Shown in pieces: positions 39,496-50,287 of a DNA stretch of 64,000 nucleotides. The DNA is from Myxococcota bacterium (GTDB taxonomy: Bacteria; Myxococcota_A; UBA796; GCA-2862545). Below the pieces are notes generated by a model. It saw nothing but the letters and a program-made list of their open reading frames with translations. It had not been told where the DNA came from and did not search any database. The stretch spans positions 1-64,000 of the forward strand of contig JBCCQY010000024.1 in the NCBI GenBank assembly GCA_039208735.1. The letters run 5' to 3'. A program made the position numbers and the translations under genes. How positions within the stretch are numbered: the first letter of the stretch is position 1; every line of letters starts with the position of its first letter.

Positions 39496-42138
39496 CTACT
39501 CCTCGGTTAGCTCCGCGATCTCTTGGTCGAGGGCTTCGATCCAAGACGTCGCCAGGGCGCGCCATTGCTCGGCCGTCTCCGCGTCGGGAGCGCGGTCGAT
39601 CGCCTCGGCGATGGCCAGGCTGGCCCGGCCCACCTGGTTGCGCTCTTCGTAGGCCTCGGCGAGCGCCTTGAGGTCGTCGGCATCGGAGACCGACAAGAAT
39701 GGCACCTGCGCATGATCGGTGATGAGGGCGAGGTTCTCGTCTTGGGTGTCGCGGTGCAGGTTTCGGGGCGCTGAGTACTCGATGATCATGTTGTCGTCGG
39801 TGTTCAAGGGCGCACCTTCGCTCAGCTGGTGAATGGCGTCCTGGTCGAACTGGTGCAGCGAGACGAGGTCGGCAGGAGAGTCGATCTCTACGATGGCCAG
39901 TTCGTCGCGGACCTTAGGCCAGGACAGCAGGTGGCCGGCCCGCGTCATCGTTGGCTCCAGCGGCTTGTCGGAAGCGACCAGCACGAGGTCGGAGTCTTCG
40001 ATGGTGGCGTAGACGTTGACGTAGGGAAAGACCTCGGCCACCGTACGCAACAACGTGCGCAAGTCGTCCGACGACATGCCGTACATCTGGATCCACTGGG
40101 ACCAGACCCCGCCCGGCTTCAGCCGAGAGCGCCCCAGCTCGAAGAAGTCCCTCGTGAAAAGGTTCGACACCCCCGTGATCCAGGGGTTCGAGGGTTCACT
40201 CACGATGACGTCGTAGGTGCCTGGCTCGGTGAGCAAGATGTGATTGCGCCCGTCGTTGAACACGAGATTCACGCGCGGGTCGTCGAGCACCGCATGGTTG
40301 TAGGTCGAAAACTCTCGGGCGGCGGCCTCGATGGCGGGTTCAAGTTCGACGATATCAAGGCGCTCCACGTCATCTACGAGGCTCAGCGCGCCGGCCGTGA
40401 TGCCACTGGCAAGTCCGATCACAAGGACGTCGTCAGGGTCTTCTACGAACTGGAGGGGGAGCAGCGAGCACAACACTTGCGTGGGCATGTCGGACGTCGT
40501 CGACGCGTCCACCTTGCCGTTGTTGGCGAGCCACATGTTGTTCGAATCGCGGTTACGAGCGACGGTTACCACACTCGACAGGCCCTCGCGGTAGTACACC
40601 AGCTCGTAGAGATCCAGGGCGTATTCGCGAATGCCTTTGCGGCTGTGGTCATCGAAGTGCGAGACGTAGTGGTACATTCCTGCGGTCATCAGCAAGGGGT
40701 CCCAAGGGGGGCGGCTCGCCACGAGCCCCAACGCCACCGCGAGTCCGGCCACGGACACCACCGCAGGGGCATAGCGGGCTCGACCCGCGGGGCGGGGCAG
40801 GAGTCGGGCCGCGGCGACGAGCAAGACCCCGGCTGCGGCCAGCTCCACGATGGCCGCGACATAGATGGTGCCCTGAAGCTGGATGGAGGGCAGGAAGACG
40901 AAGCCTGCGAGAAAGGCGCCAAAGACCCCGCCCAACGTGTTCACGCCGTAGAGGACCCCGACGGGCTCGCCAAGCTTGGCTTCGTCTCCGACCACCGCAC
41001 GAACCGCGATGGGAAAGTGCATGCCCATGAGAATCGCGGGAGGGGTCATGATGAGGCCCGCCACGAGCAGAGACACTTCCCACATGCGACTTGGCCGACT
41101 TCCCGCCCCAAACGCGTCGAACAGCCACACGTAAAGGAACGGAAGCTGGGGATAGAGGTACATCATGCCGTAGGAGACGAGCGCGATGCTCGCTTCGAGG
41201 ATCGCAAAGGCCACCAAGACCCCCACCGGTCCTCGGCGGGCGAACAGGCGGTCCGCGAGGGGGCCGCCCAATGCGCCACCCGCGGCAATCCCGATGAGGA
41301 ACGACAGCAGCATGAGCGAGAACGTGTAGGTCGACGCTCCCAGCATCAACCCGAGCAATCGCGTCCAGGCGACTTCATAGACGAGGGCGGAGAACCCGGC
41401 GAGCCCAAGGGCCACCGTCACGGGAATCATCACATTGGAACGGGGCGTTTCGGGAGGTAGGTCGTCGACCACGTCGCGTTCCCGGCCTCCCGCCCACGAC
41501 GAAAGGGCGATGGCGGCGACGCCCAGTCCGAGGTTGGCGCTGGCCGCAAGTCCCGTAGTGGCGAAGCGCCCGAACTCGGGCAACAACCAAAAGCCGCACA
41601 GCGCGGTGCCGACGACGGCCCCCGCCGTGTTGACGGCGTAGAGCGTGCCCACGCGGTTCCCGGCCGCGCCGAGGCGTTCGGTGGCAAACCGGGCAAGCAG
41701 CGGCAGGGTAGCTCCCATCGCGGCGGTGGGCAGAATGAGGCTCGTCGTCACGATGGCGAACTGGATGATGCCGAACGTCACCGGGCCGGGCGTCAACGAA
41801 CGCCAGGCCTCGAGGTAGATCGGCTGCAGTGCCTGCACCACCAAAGGGAAGACGAGCGCGTAAAGGCCGATGCCCACCTCGAGCCAACCGTACAGGCGCA
41901 AGGGACGTTCGAGTTCGTCGGCGACTCGGGCCATGAGGAAGCCGCCCAGGGCCAGCCCCCCCATAAAGGCGGCCAACACCGTTGAAATCGCGAAGGTGGA
42001 CGTGCCGAACAGCTCGATCTGCAGCTCGCGCACCCACAGGGTCTGGTAGGTGAGTGCGGTCGCTCCCGAAAGGAAGAACAACGGCAAGAGAAGATGCACC
42101 GCACGACTGCGGCGGAGTTGTGCGGCAAGCTCGTCCAT
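39496..42138 (-). CDS. Fused MFS-like membrane domain / spermidine-synthase-like protein
   Basis: LFFLSGATALTYQTLWVR, LYAVNTAGAVVG repeated; VLVIGLASGITAG, DIVELEP, DGRNH, YDVIVSEPSNPW. Confidence 0.9.
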   Translation of the reverse strand: MDELAAQLRRSRAVHLLLPLFFLSGATALTYQTLWVRELQIELFGTSTFAISTVLAAFMGGLALGGFLMARVADELERPLRLYGWLEVGIGLYALVFPLVVQALQPIYLEAWRSLTPGPVTFGIIQFAIVTTSLILPTAAMGATLPLLARFATERLGAAGNRVGTLYAVNTAGAVVGTALCGFWLLPEFGRFATTGLAASANLGLGVAAIALSSWAGGRERDVVDDLPPETPRSNVMIPVTVALGLAGFSALVYEVAWTRLLGLMLGASTYTFSLMLLSFLIGIAAGGALGGPLADRLFARRGPVGVLVAFAILEASIALVSYGMMYLYPQLPFLYVWLFDAFGAGSRPSRMWEVSLLVAGLIMTPPAILMGMHFPIAVRAVVGDEAKLGEPVGVLYGVNTLGGVFGAFLAGFVFLPSIQLQGTIYVAAIVELAAAGVLLVAAARLLPRPAGRARYAPAVVSVAGLAVALGLVASRPPWDPLLMTAGMYHYVSHFDDHSRKGIREYALDLYELVYYREGLSSVVTVARNRDSNNMWLANNGKVDASTTSDMPTQVLCSLLPLQFVEDPDDVLVIGLASGITAGALSLVDDVERLDIVELEPAIEAAAREFSTYNHAVLDDPRVNLVFNDGRNHILLTEPGTYDVIVSEPSNPWITGVSNLFTRDFFELGRSRLKPGGVWSQWIQMYGMSSDDLRTLLRTVAEVFPYVNVYATIEDSDLVLVASDKPLEPTMTRAGHLLSWPKVRDELAIVEIDSPADLVSLHQFDQDAIHQLSEGAPLNTDDNMIIEYSAPRNLHRDTQDENLALITDHAQVPFLSVSDADDLKALAEAYEERNQVGRASLAIAEAIDRAPDAETAEQWRALATSWIEALDQEIAELTEE

Positions 42139-42238
42139 AAAGGCTCCGAAACCGTAGCAGCGTAGCGTCCGCGACGATCGGCGGCCATGGAGCGCAACCC
42201 TCGTGCACACCTCCGTCACGAGCGATACGCGGCTCGGC

Positions 42239-42886
42239 ATGTGGATCTGGTGGATCGCTCTGTCGTGGGCAGACAAACCGTTGCCCGACCTTGGGCCTGA
42301 ACTTGCACGTGTCGAATGGGCTCGGCTCGACCTCCAGCTCACCCAGGGATGCCAGCTCGCGCCGTTGCTGGGCGTTGTCACCTGTCAGGACGGCGTGGTG
42401 GATAAGGTGGTCGCTCGGATCGACGCCTTTTCTCGGGCCGTGGTGCGCGACGCAGGGCTCGAGTACCTGGCTGGGCTGGCCTACCGCTACGATGGGCGCC
42501 GGGGGCGGGCACGGCGTCGCTATGAGGCGGCGGTCGCACTCGATCCGACCTACGATGCAGCGTGGTACGACCTGGGCGAACTCCACCTGGTCGGCGGGCG
42601 TCTCGACGAGGCAGAGGCCGCCTTTGCCAAGGTGGCGGAGCTCGTGGCCGACGGAGAAAAGGCCTGGGTTGGACCTTGGCGACTGGCCGAAGTAGCCGCC
42701 TCTCGCGGCGATGCCGAGGCGTTCGAGACGCACATCAAAGCGGCGCTGCAGGACGGGTTTACGTTCCGAAGCATCGCCGGGCTGCCCAATTGGAAGGCGT
42801 TCTACGCAGACCCCAGGCTCCGCGACACCTTCGACAAGCTGCTCACCGTCTATGCGACGCCCGAGGTCCGCAACTCTCTTCGCTGA
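42239..42886 (+). CDS. Exported TPR protein
   Basis: Short hydrophobic N-terminus; AVALDPTYDAAWYDLGELHLVGGRLDEAEAAF. Confidence 0.75.
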   Translation: MWIWWIALSWADKPLPDLGPELARVEWARLDLQLTQGCQLAPLLGVVTCQDGVVDKVVARIDAFSRAVVRDAGLEYLAGLAYRYDGRRGRARRRYEAAVALDPTYDAAWYDLGELHLVGGRLDEAEAAFAKVAELVADGEKAWVGPWRLAEVAASRGDAEAFETHIKAALQDGFTFRSIAGLPNWKAFYADPRLRDTFDKLLTVYATPEVRNSLR

Positions 42887-42889
42887 ACG

Positions 42890-44281
42890 CTACGGCGTGT
42901 TGCCCGAGACCTCAACCGTTCCGCCGATCGTGCCCATCAGATCCACGACCGCGTTGGCATGATCGTCGCCCATCGACGGATTTCCGGTGATCGTGATGTT
43001 GCCGCCCACCGAATCGATGGAACCCAGCGCAGAGATGTCGCCGAGCACAAAATGGTCGCGGATCGTTAGGGCGCCGCCGATCGTCGTGATGACCGGAGCG
43101 CCGTCGAGCGAGATGAGAGGGTCGTTTGACTCGATGGTCAGGTCGCCTCCGACGGTTCGCAACGCGGGGAACGAGAAGTCGTCGAGTTCATCGTTGTCCC
43201 GGATCACCACATCGCCATCGACGGTGTCGAGCTGCGCAAACCCGTCCAGCGTCGACAACGAATCGTTGTTTTCGATCACGAGGTGGCCCGTGGCGCGGTC
43301 GAGATCGGCAAACGCGTGGAGTTCCAGCAAGTTGGGGTTGCTTAAGACTCGGAGGTCTCGAAGGGTCTGGGGCCTTGGAAGGTCGCCGAGCGTGCGGAGT
43401 TCGGGATTCGACTCGAGGTGGATGACCTCGAAGTTGGTCGGCACGGTGGAGAGCCCGTCAAGGTTGAAGAACGCCGGGTTTTCGATGAGGGTCAGTTCGC
43501 GGATCGATCCGAGCGAGCCGAGTCCAAAAAGGGTCGTGAGGATCGCATTTCGCTCGACGCGAAGGGCCCCGTCGAATTGGGTCAAGCCGGCGAGGGCGAC
43601 CAGGGAGTCCAGGTCCGGGTTGTCGGTGATGATGAGGTCCCCATCGACCCGCTGAAGCGCCTGGAGCCCGGACAATGCGGAGAGACCAGGGTTGTTCCTG
43701 ATGATGAGGCTGCCTCGAACCTCGCGCACACACTCGAGGGGTCCGAGATCGGTGGCTCCCGTAATCGTCAGATTGCCGCCAAGGACCACGCGACAAAAGG
43801 GGGCGCAGACCCCGGCCGGGGCATCGGTGGTGAAGTCGTAAGGAACGAAGCCCTGGCTCACCGAGACGTCGGGGTCTTGATCGTTGCAATCCTGACCGAA
43901 CAGCGCTCCGTCCCCATCGAGATCGTCGTCGGGTGTGGTCGGATCGCAGTCCTCATCGACGCCGGTGTACGGCGCCTCTGTGGCGTTCGGATTTGCCGCG
44001 GGGTTGTCGTCGTCGCAGTCCTCGGCGAGCCCAAATCCATCGCCATCGAGATCGTCATCGACGGTGCTCTCATCGCAGTCGTTGTCGAGGCCATCGTAGG
44101 GGACTTCGACGGAGGCCGGATTGACCTCGGGTCGCTTGTCGTCGCAGTCCTCATCGGCATCGAAGCCGTCTTGGTCGAGGTCGATTTCCGGCGGCACGGG
44201 CACGGGCGGAGGCGTAGGGGACTCCTCCGGGACCGGCTCACCGCACGCGAGCAGCCCCAGCACGATGCATCCTCGCAGCAT
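42890..44281 (-). CDS. Lipoprotein with MopE-type metal-binding repeats and receptor-L-domain-like repeats
   Basis: LLAC; repeats D-L-D-x-D-G...DCDD...NP...E.PY.G.D..CD; then repeats L..V.G.L.I..N..L..L. Confidence 0.82.
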   Translation of the reverse strand: MLRGCIVLGLLACGEPVPEESPTPPPVPVPPEIDLDQDGFDADEDCDDKRPEVNPASVEVPYDGLDNDCDESTVDDDLDGDGFGLAEDCDDDNPAANPNATEAPYTGVDEDCDPTTPDDDLDGDGALFGQDCNDQDPDVSVSQGFVPYDFTTDAPAGVCAPFCRVVLGGNLTITGATDLGPLECVREVRGSLIIRNNPGLSALSGLQALQRVDGDLIITDNPDLDSLVALAGLTQFDGALRVERNAILTTLFGLGSLGSIRELTLIENPAFFNLDGLSTVPTNFEVIHLESNPELRTLGDLPRPQTLRDLRVLSNPNLLELHAFADLDRATGHLVIENNDSLSTLDGFAQLDTVDGDVVIRDNDELDDFSFPALRTVGGDLTIESNDPLISLDGAPVITTIGGALTIRDHFVLGDISALGSIDSVGGNITITGNPSMGDDHANAVVDLMGTIGGTVEVSGNTP

Positions 44282-44316
44282 TCGACCTCCTCGACCCGCA
44301 TGATGCCCCAAACACA

Positions 44317-44348
44317 AACGGGCCGCCCCCCGAAGGAGACGGCCCGTT
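44317..44348 (-). terminator. Intrinsic terminator of groESL
   Basis: Minus strand AACGGGCCGTCTCC-TTCG-GGGGGCGGCCCGTT followed by TGTGTTT, about 20 nt after the groEL stop. Confidence 0.8.
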
Positions 44349-44367
44349 GGATGCGGAGGGTAGGGAC

Positions 44368-46008
<1,641 letters not shown>

Positions 46009-46048
46009 CAGACGTCTCCTTGCTTGGATGTGTTGAAAAGCTTGGGGC

Positions 46049-46336
46049 TCAGCTGACGATGCCAAAGACTTCGTCTTCGCGAAGCACCAGTCGGTCCTCG
46101 CCGTCGACCTTGATCTCGGTGCCGGCGTAGCGGCCAAACGCTACGCGGTCGCCCTCCTTGACTTGGAGCGGGCGCACCGAACCGTCGTCGTTCAACTTGC
46201 CCTGACCCACTGCGAGAACGATGCCTTCCGAGGGCTTCTCCTTGCCCGTCTCGGGCAGGTACAGACCGCCCTTGGTCTGGGTCTCTTCGTCGGCTCGCTT
46301 CACGAGGATCCGGTCGTAGAGCGGACGCACTTGCAT
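46049..46336 (-). CDS. groES: Co-chaperonin GroES
   Basis: [42 protein letters not shown]. Confidence 0.99.
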   Translation of the reverse strand: MQVRPLYDRILVKRADEETQTKGGLYLPETGKEKPSEGIVLAVGQGKLNDDGSVRPLQVKEGDRVAFGRYAGTEIKVDGEDRLVLREDEVFGIVS

Positions 46337-46418
46337 GTCACCTCCCTTGCGACCCGCGTCAGCACGCTGGTACGCTTGTCCGGACGGGGGCGTCCCTGCG
46401 CACCCCGTTTGGCGGGTG

Positions 46419-46446
46419 ACGTAGGCACCACGATGACGGCGTCAAG
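46419..46446 (-). promoter_or_regulatory. Candidate heat-shock (RpoH-like) promoter of groESL
   Basis: Minus strand CTTG-N17-CCTACGT, about 80 nt upstream of groES; also readable as TTGACG-N16-TACGTC. No CIRCE seen. Confidence 0.45.
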
Positions 46447-46488
46447 TGTCGAGGATCGATCCGATGAGCACCCGCAGGAGGATGCGCG

Positions 46489-47073
46489 GTGACGACGTCG
46501 ATCGAAGCCAACAGTTCACTGTTTGACTACTTCCATGGTCGGGTCCGGGACGCTCGTGATGGTCTAGGGGTCGATGTGTCAGAAGACACCGGCCTTTACC
46601 TCACGACGTTGCTGGTCGATCGCGCTCGCACCGATGTCGCTCGACCCGTCGAAAGTACGCTCGCCGAACTCCACGCCCGGGCTGCGCAGGCGGCGCCGGC
46701 CGAACAGGCCCGAACGTACCGGGAATTGGGCGATCGTTCGCTGTACCTGCTGGGCTACTTCGAAGAGTCGCTCTCGCGAAAGGTTGTGAGCACCCGGTAC
46801 TACTGCGAAATGGGTGCGGCGGCGTATGCGCGGGTCGACGAGGTCTTCAAGATCTGGTTTGCCAACGCCTTCGACCAGGTGTTCGAGGAACTCTCGCTCG
46901 GTTTCGAAGATTGTGTGAGGGTGATCAAGCAGGTTCGGGCTGCCATCGACGATGAACCCGACGTGTTGATGCGCCTGTACCGCCAGTGGATCGAGACAGG
47001 TAGCGAACAGGCCAAAGAGCGGCTACGCGCCCGCGGCATCGTGGTGGCACCCCGGTCGGTGCCCGAAGACTGA
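46489..47073 (+). CDS. Conserved helical hypothetical protein divergent from groES
   Basis: AGGAGG Shine-Dalgarno; YLTTLL...RELGDRSLYLLGYF...YYCEMGAAAY...FEELS..F...LYRQWIETGS...L..RG. Confidence 0.75.
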   Translation: MTTSIEANSSLFDYFHGRVRDARDGLGVDVSEDTGLYLTTLLVDRARTDVARPVESTLAELHARAAQAAPAEQARTYRELGDRSLYLLGYFEESLSRKVVSTRYYCEMGAAAYARVDEVFKIWFANAFDQVFEELSLGFEDCVRVIKQVRAAIDDEPDVLMRLYRQWIETGSEQAKERLRARGIVVAPRSVPED

Positions 47074-47083
47074 CGGAGTCTCC

Positions 47084-48034
47084 ATGATTCGGTTCGTGAC
47101 GGCGCTCCTGGCCGTGGGGGTGGGGTGCACTCCACCGCCCCCCGCAGAAGCGCCAGAGCCCCCTCTGCCGCAGCTCTCGCAGGGCATGGCATGGGCGCCT
47201 CCGAGTTGGTTCCCCGCCCCCGCGCGAGACCGCTTGTGGGTGCTCGATGAGCTCGATGGCGACCCGCGCTTTGATCGGGGGCCCCGCGTGCGGGCCCGCG
47301 GGGCGATTCTCGCCGACCTCGACAACGGGGAGATCCTTTGGGCCCGCGATCCCGATGGCCTTCGGCCGATTGCGTCGATCACGAAGTTGGTGTCGAGCCT
47401 GGCCCTCGCGAGCGTCGGCAACCTCCCCACCCGGCTCGATCGCGAAGTCTGCATCAGCTTCGAGCAATGGCCCTCACGTCCTGGGGCGAGGTCGAAGTTC
47501 GAGACCGATGACTGCCATGAGGGGTGGGAGTTGTTGGGCGCCGCGCTGGTGGCCTCCGACAATCGGGGGGCGTACGCGTTTCCGCGTTTGACCGAGCGCG
47601 ACTACTTCGAGTTCATCGGCCGCATGAATGAGGTGGGGCACGATCTGGGTTTCGATAAGGCCACTTTCGAGGACCCCAGCGGACTCGAAGACGGCAACTT
47701 GGCAAGCCCTCGGGACGTGCTGAAAGCGGTCACCGCGGTCTCGCTCCATCCGACCTTGCAAATCGCTGCGACGGCCCGATCGTGGCTCGTCGAGCCGAGT
47801 CGAGGCCAGCGCCGAGTGCTCTCGACGAACCGGTTTCTCCGAGATGATCACGGGTTCGACACGCTCGCGGCGAAGACCGGCTACACCGACACCGCCTACT
47901 ACTGCCTGGCCGCGGTGTTTCAGAGTCAGGCGTCGGGTCGGCGCTACGGTGCGGTCGTGCTCGCGTCCCCCAAGAGCCGGACCCGATTCCAGGACGTCAT
48001 CGCGCTACTGTCGTGGGCCGAAGACCAAACGTGA
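47084..48034 (+). CDS. Peptidase S11 (D-Ala-D-Ala carboxy/endopeptidase, PBP7-like) lipoprotein
   Basis: PIASITK (SxxK), ASDN (SxN), AKTGYT (KTG), FEDPSGL. Confidence 0.9.
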   Translation: MIRFVTALLAVGVGCTPPPPAEAPEPPLPQLSQGMAWAPPSWFPAPARDRLWVLDELDGDPRFDRGPRVRARGAILADLDNGEILWARDPDGLRPIASITKLVSSLALASVGNLPTRLDREVCISFEQWPSRPGARSKFETDDCHEGWELLGAALVASDNRGAYAFPRLTERDYFEFIGRMNEVGHDLGFDKATFEDPSGLEDGNLASPRDVLKAVTAVSLHPTLQIAATARSWLVEPSRGQRRVLSTNRFLRDDHGFDTLAAKTGYTDTAYYCLAAVFQSQASGRRYGAVVLASPKSRTRFQDVIALLSWAEDQT

Positions 48035-48037
48035 GCC

Positions 48038-48364
48038 TTACCCTTCGAGTTCCTTGGGCTTGTTGGACTGGGTGACCAGCGCCCCCAGCTCGAGCCCAAT
48101 GCTGAACGGGTTGGCCGTGATCACACCAGAGATGAGGCCCAAAAGCGAAACGAGCTGCACCCGCGAACTTGGCTCGCGTCCGATGACGGCGGCGCCCACC
48201 ACGATTTCGGCGATGCCGACAATCGCGGGAAATGCGGCTACCGTACCAAAGCACGGCACACACCAGAACACGGCCCCCGACCACATGAGGTTGGTCGCTC
48301 CAGACACCACCATCAGCGTGCCTGTGGTCGTGCCGCTCGGCCGGGGTTCCTCGACGTCCGCCAT
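48038..48364 (-). CDS. Small membrane protein
   Basis: AAGGAGG Shine-Dalgarno; 108 aa, mostly hydrophobic. Confidence 0.55.
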   Translation of the reverse strand: MADVEEPRPSGTTTGTLMVVSGATNLMWSGAVFWCVPCFGTVAAFPAIVGIAEIVVGAAVIGREPSSRVQLVSLLGLISGVITANPFSIGLELGALVTQSNKPKELEG

Positions 48365-48420
48365 CCAAGCCTCCTTAGCGGGCCTATGCCGCCGCTCGCG
48401 GGCGTGCTAGACCCGGCTGC

Positions 48421-48810
48421 ATGACGCATGTGCACCCGGTCAGCATCTACTACGAAGACACCGACCACTCCGGCATTGTCTACCACGCGAACTACCTGAA
48501 GTATTGTGAGCGAGCGCGGGAGCATTTGCTCGGACGAGACCGCCTGGTTTCGATGTACCGCGATCAGGGGACGGGCTTCGTCGTCTACAAAGCCGAAATG
48601 ACCTTCAAGGAAGGTGCGGTGTTCGGGGACGAACTCGAGGTTCGGACGACGGCCGAGCTGGCCAGTGAGTATCGCTTGCTGTTTCACCAGCCCATCTTCC
48701 GCAAGCGCGACGACCAGCTCATGGTCGACGTGACCATCCACCTCGTGGCCGTGGGGGCAGACAACAAGCTCGTGCGGCTCCCCGAGGATGTGCTGGCCTT
48801 GGCGCAGTGA
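48421..48810 (+). CDS. YbgC-family acyl-CoA thioesterase
   Basis: IYYEDTDHSGIVYHANYLKYCERAR. Confidence 0.92.
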   Translation: MTHVHPVSIYYEDTDHSGIVYHANYLKYCERAREHLLGRDRLVSMYRDQGTGFVVYKAEMTFKEGAVFGDELEVRTTAELASEYRLLFHQPIFRKRDDQLMVDVTIHLVAVGADNKLVRLPEDVLALAQ

Positions 48811-48812
48811 GG

Positions 48813-49583
48813 CTACTCGACGCGAAGTTCCAGGATTTCGAGGGTATGCACCCCCGGCCGTCGCGGGCCGGTGAGGTCCTCGAGCGAGACGCGTGAGAGC
48901 CGAGCCGGCACCAGGGGTTTCGCAGGATCTTCGGGGACCACTTCGGCCAGGGTCACCGCAACCGTTTTGGGCTCGCTGGGATCGATCATGATGGTCGGCG
49001 TGCTGTACCGATTCGCGGATTCATCCTCGAACACGACACGAATCCACGCCGCTGTTTCACGACTTCGCAGATCGAACGACACGACTTCAGGGGCTGGATC
49101 GGGTCGGTTGAAGCCGATCACCAGGCGGTCGGGACGTCTTGGGTCAGCGGTCGTTGTCCAGGCCAGCGCACCCGGCTGGGCGACGAGTTCGCCAAGGTCT
49201 TGGCGTGACCAATGGTGAAACAAGCCAGGGTTCTGGTTGTCGAACGTCCAGGTCACAGGCACCTTGCGAACCGCGTCCTGGTCGATGGCGATCTGCTGGA
49301 TGAGCTGCTGACAATCGGTGCCGCACCGGCCCTTGCGCGTGGCCATCCGGAGCTGTTCGCGAGCGTCCGAAACCCGCCCCTCATCGTAGAGCAGCCTCGC
49401 CCAGCCCACGACGGCGATGGCCCACAGCGGGTCGTGGTCGGGGAGCTGGCGGACGAGGAGCTGGTAGTGCGAGATCGCAGTGGGCAGATCGCCTTGCATC
49501 TCGGCGATCAAGGCGCGCTGGATTTGCGAACGGTCCGAAGGGGTCTGACTCAACGCGGCCGCCACCCCGAGCCAGACGAGCAT
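48813..49583 (-). CDS. Exported hypothetical protein with TPR-like N-terminal part
   Basis: Short signal; EMQGDLPTAISHYQ...ARLLYDEGRVSDAREQL; 2 nt after the response regulator stop. Confidence 0.6.
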   Translation of the reverse strand: MLVWLGVAAALSQTPSDRSQIQRALIAEMQGDLPTAISHYQLLVRQLPDHDPLWAIAVVGWARLLYDEGRVSDAREQLRMATRKGRCGTDCQQLIQQIAIDQDAVRKVPVTWTFDNQNPGLFHHWSRQDLGELVAQPGALAWTTTADPRRPDRLVIGFNRPDPAPEVVSFDLRSRETAAWIRVVFEDESANRYSTPTIMIDPSEPKTVAVTLAEVVPEDPAKPLVPARLSRVSLEDLTGPRRPGVHTLEILELRVE

Positions 49584-49585
49584 GC

Positions 49586-50287
49586 CTAGTCCCCTTCGGT
49601 CGCGATGAAGCGGTAGCCCACTCCGTGGAGCGTTTCGATGAACCGGGGGTTGCCAGCATCATCCCGCAATTTCTTTCTTACGTTGAGGATGTGGGTGTCG
49701 ACCGTGCGGGTGGTGACGTTGGGCGAGTACTGCCAAATGGCCGAGAGCAGCTCCTGTCGAGGGAGCACTTTGCCGCGGTGTTCGATCAGGTAGCGCAACA
49801 ATTCCTGTTCACGATTCGACAATCGCTCGTCTTTTCCGTCGCCGTGTCGGATGACGTAGTTGTCCAAATCGACCTCGACTGTACCAAAACGGTAGATCGA
49901 CCGGGTCCCTCCGGCTCGACGCATCAACGCTTGGACCCGCGCGTGCAATTCGAGCAAGGAGAATGGCTTCGTCACGTAGTCGTCAGCGCCCAGCTCGAAG
50001 CCCAACAACTTGTCCTGTTCCGCGGTACGAGCGGTGAGGAAGACCACGGGCCCGTCATATTCGGCATCACGAAGAGCTTTGCAAACGTCAAAGCCCGATT
50101 TCTCTGGTTCCGGGCCTTCGTTTAGCATCACGTCGAGCACCACCACGTCCGGCGGAAAGCGTTCGTGTGCATTGAGGGCCTCGGTGAGCGACCGAGCGGT
50201 GAACACTTCGAAGTTTTCGCGGGTGAAGAAACGCTCCACCGTGTCGAGCAACGCTTGCTCGTCCTCGACGAAGAGTATCCGCGGCAT
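49586..50287 (-). CDS. OmpR/PhoB-family response regulator
   Basis: ILFVEDE, LDVML, LTAR, GADDYVTKPF, TRTVDTHILNVRKKL, TLHGVGY. Confidence 0.96.
   Translation of the reverse strand: MPRILFVEDEQALLDTVERFFTRENFEVFTARSLTEALNAHERFPPDVVVLDVMLNEGPEPEKSGFDVCKALRDAEYDGPVVFLTARTAEQDKLLGFELGADDYVTKPFSLLELHARVQALMRRAGGTRSIYRFGTVEVDLDNYVIRHGDGKDERLSNREQELLRYLIEHRGKVLPRQELLSAIWQYSPNVTTRTVDTHILNVRKKLRDDAGNPRFIETLHGVGYRFIATEGD

Noticed and set aside
43860..44190. Repeated sequence units as a CRISPR or tandem DNA repeat
   Set aside because: Degenerate repeats that follow protein-level MopE-type units inside a CDS; no constant repeat with unique spacers.
46337..46488. CIRCE element upstream of groES
   Set aside because: No TTAGCACTC-N9-GAGTGCTAA match.
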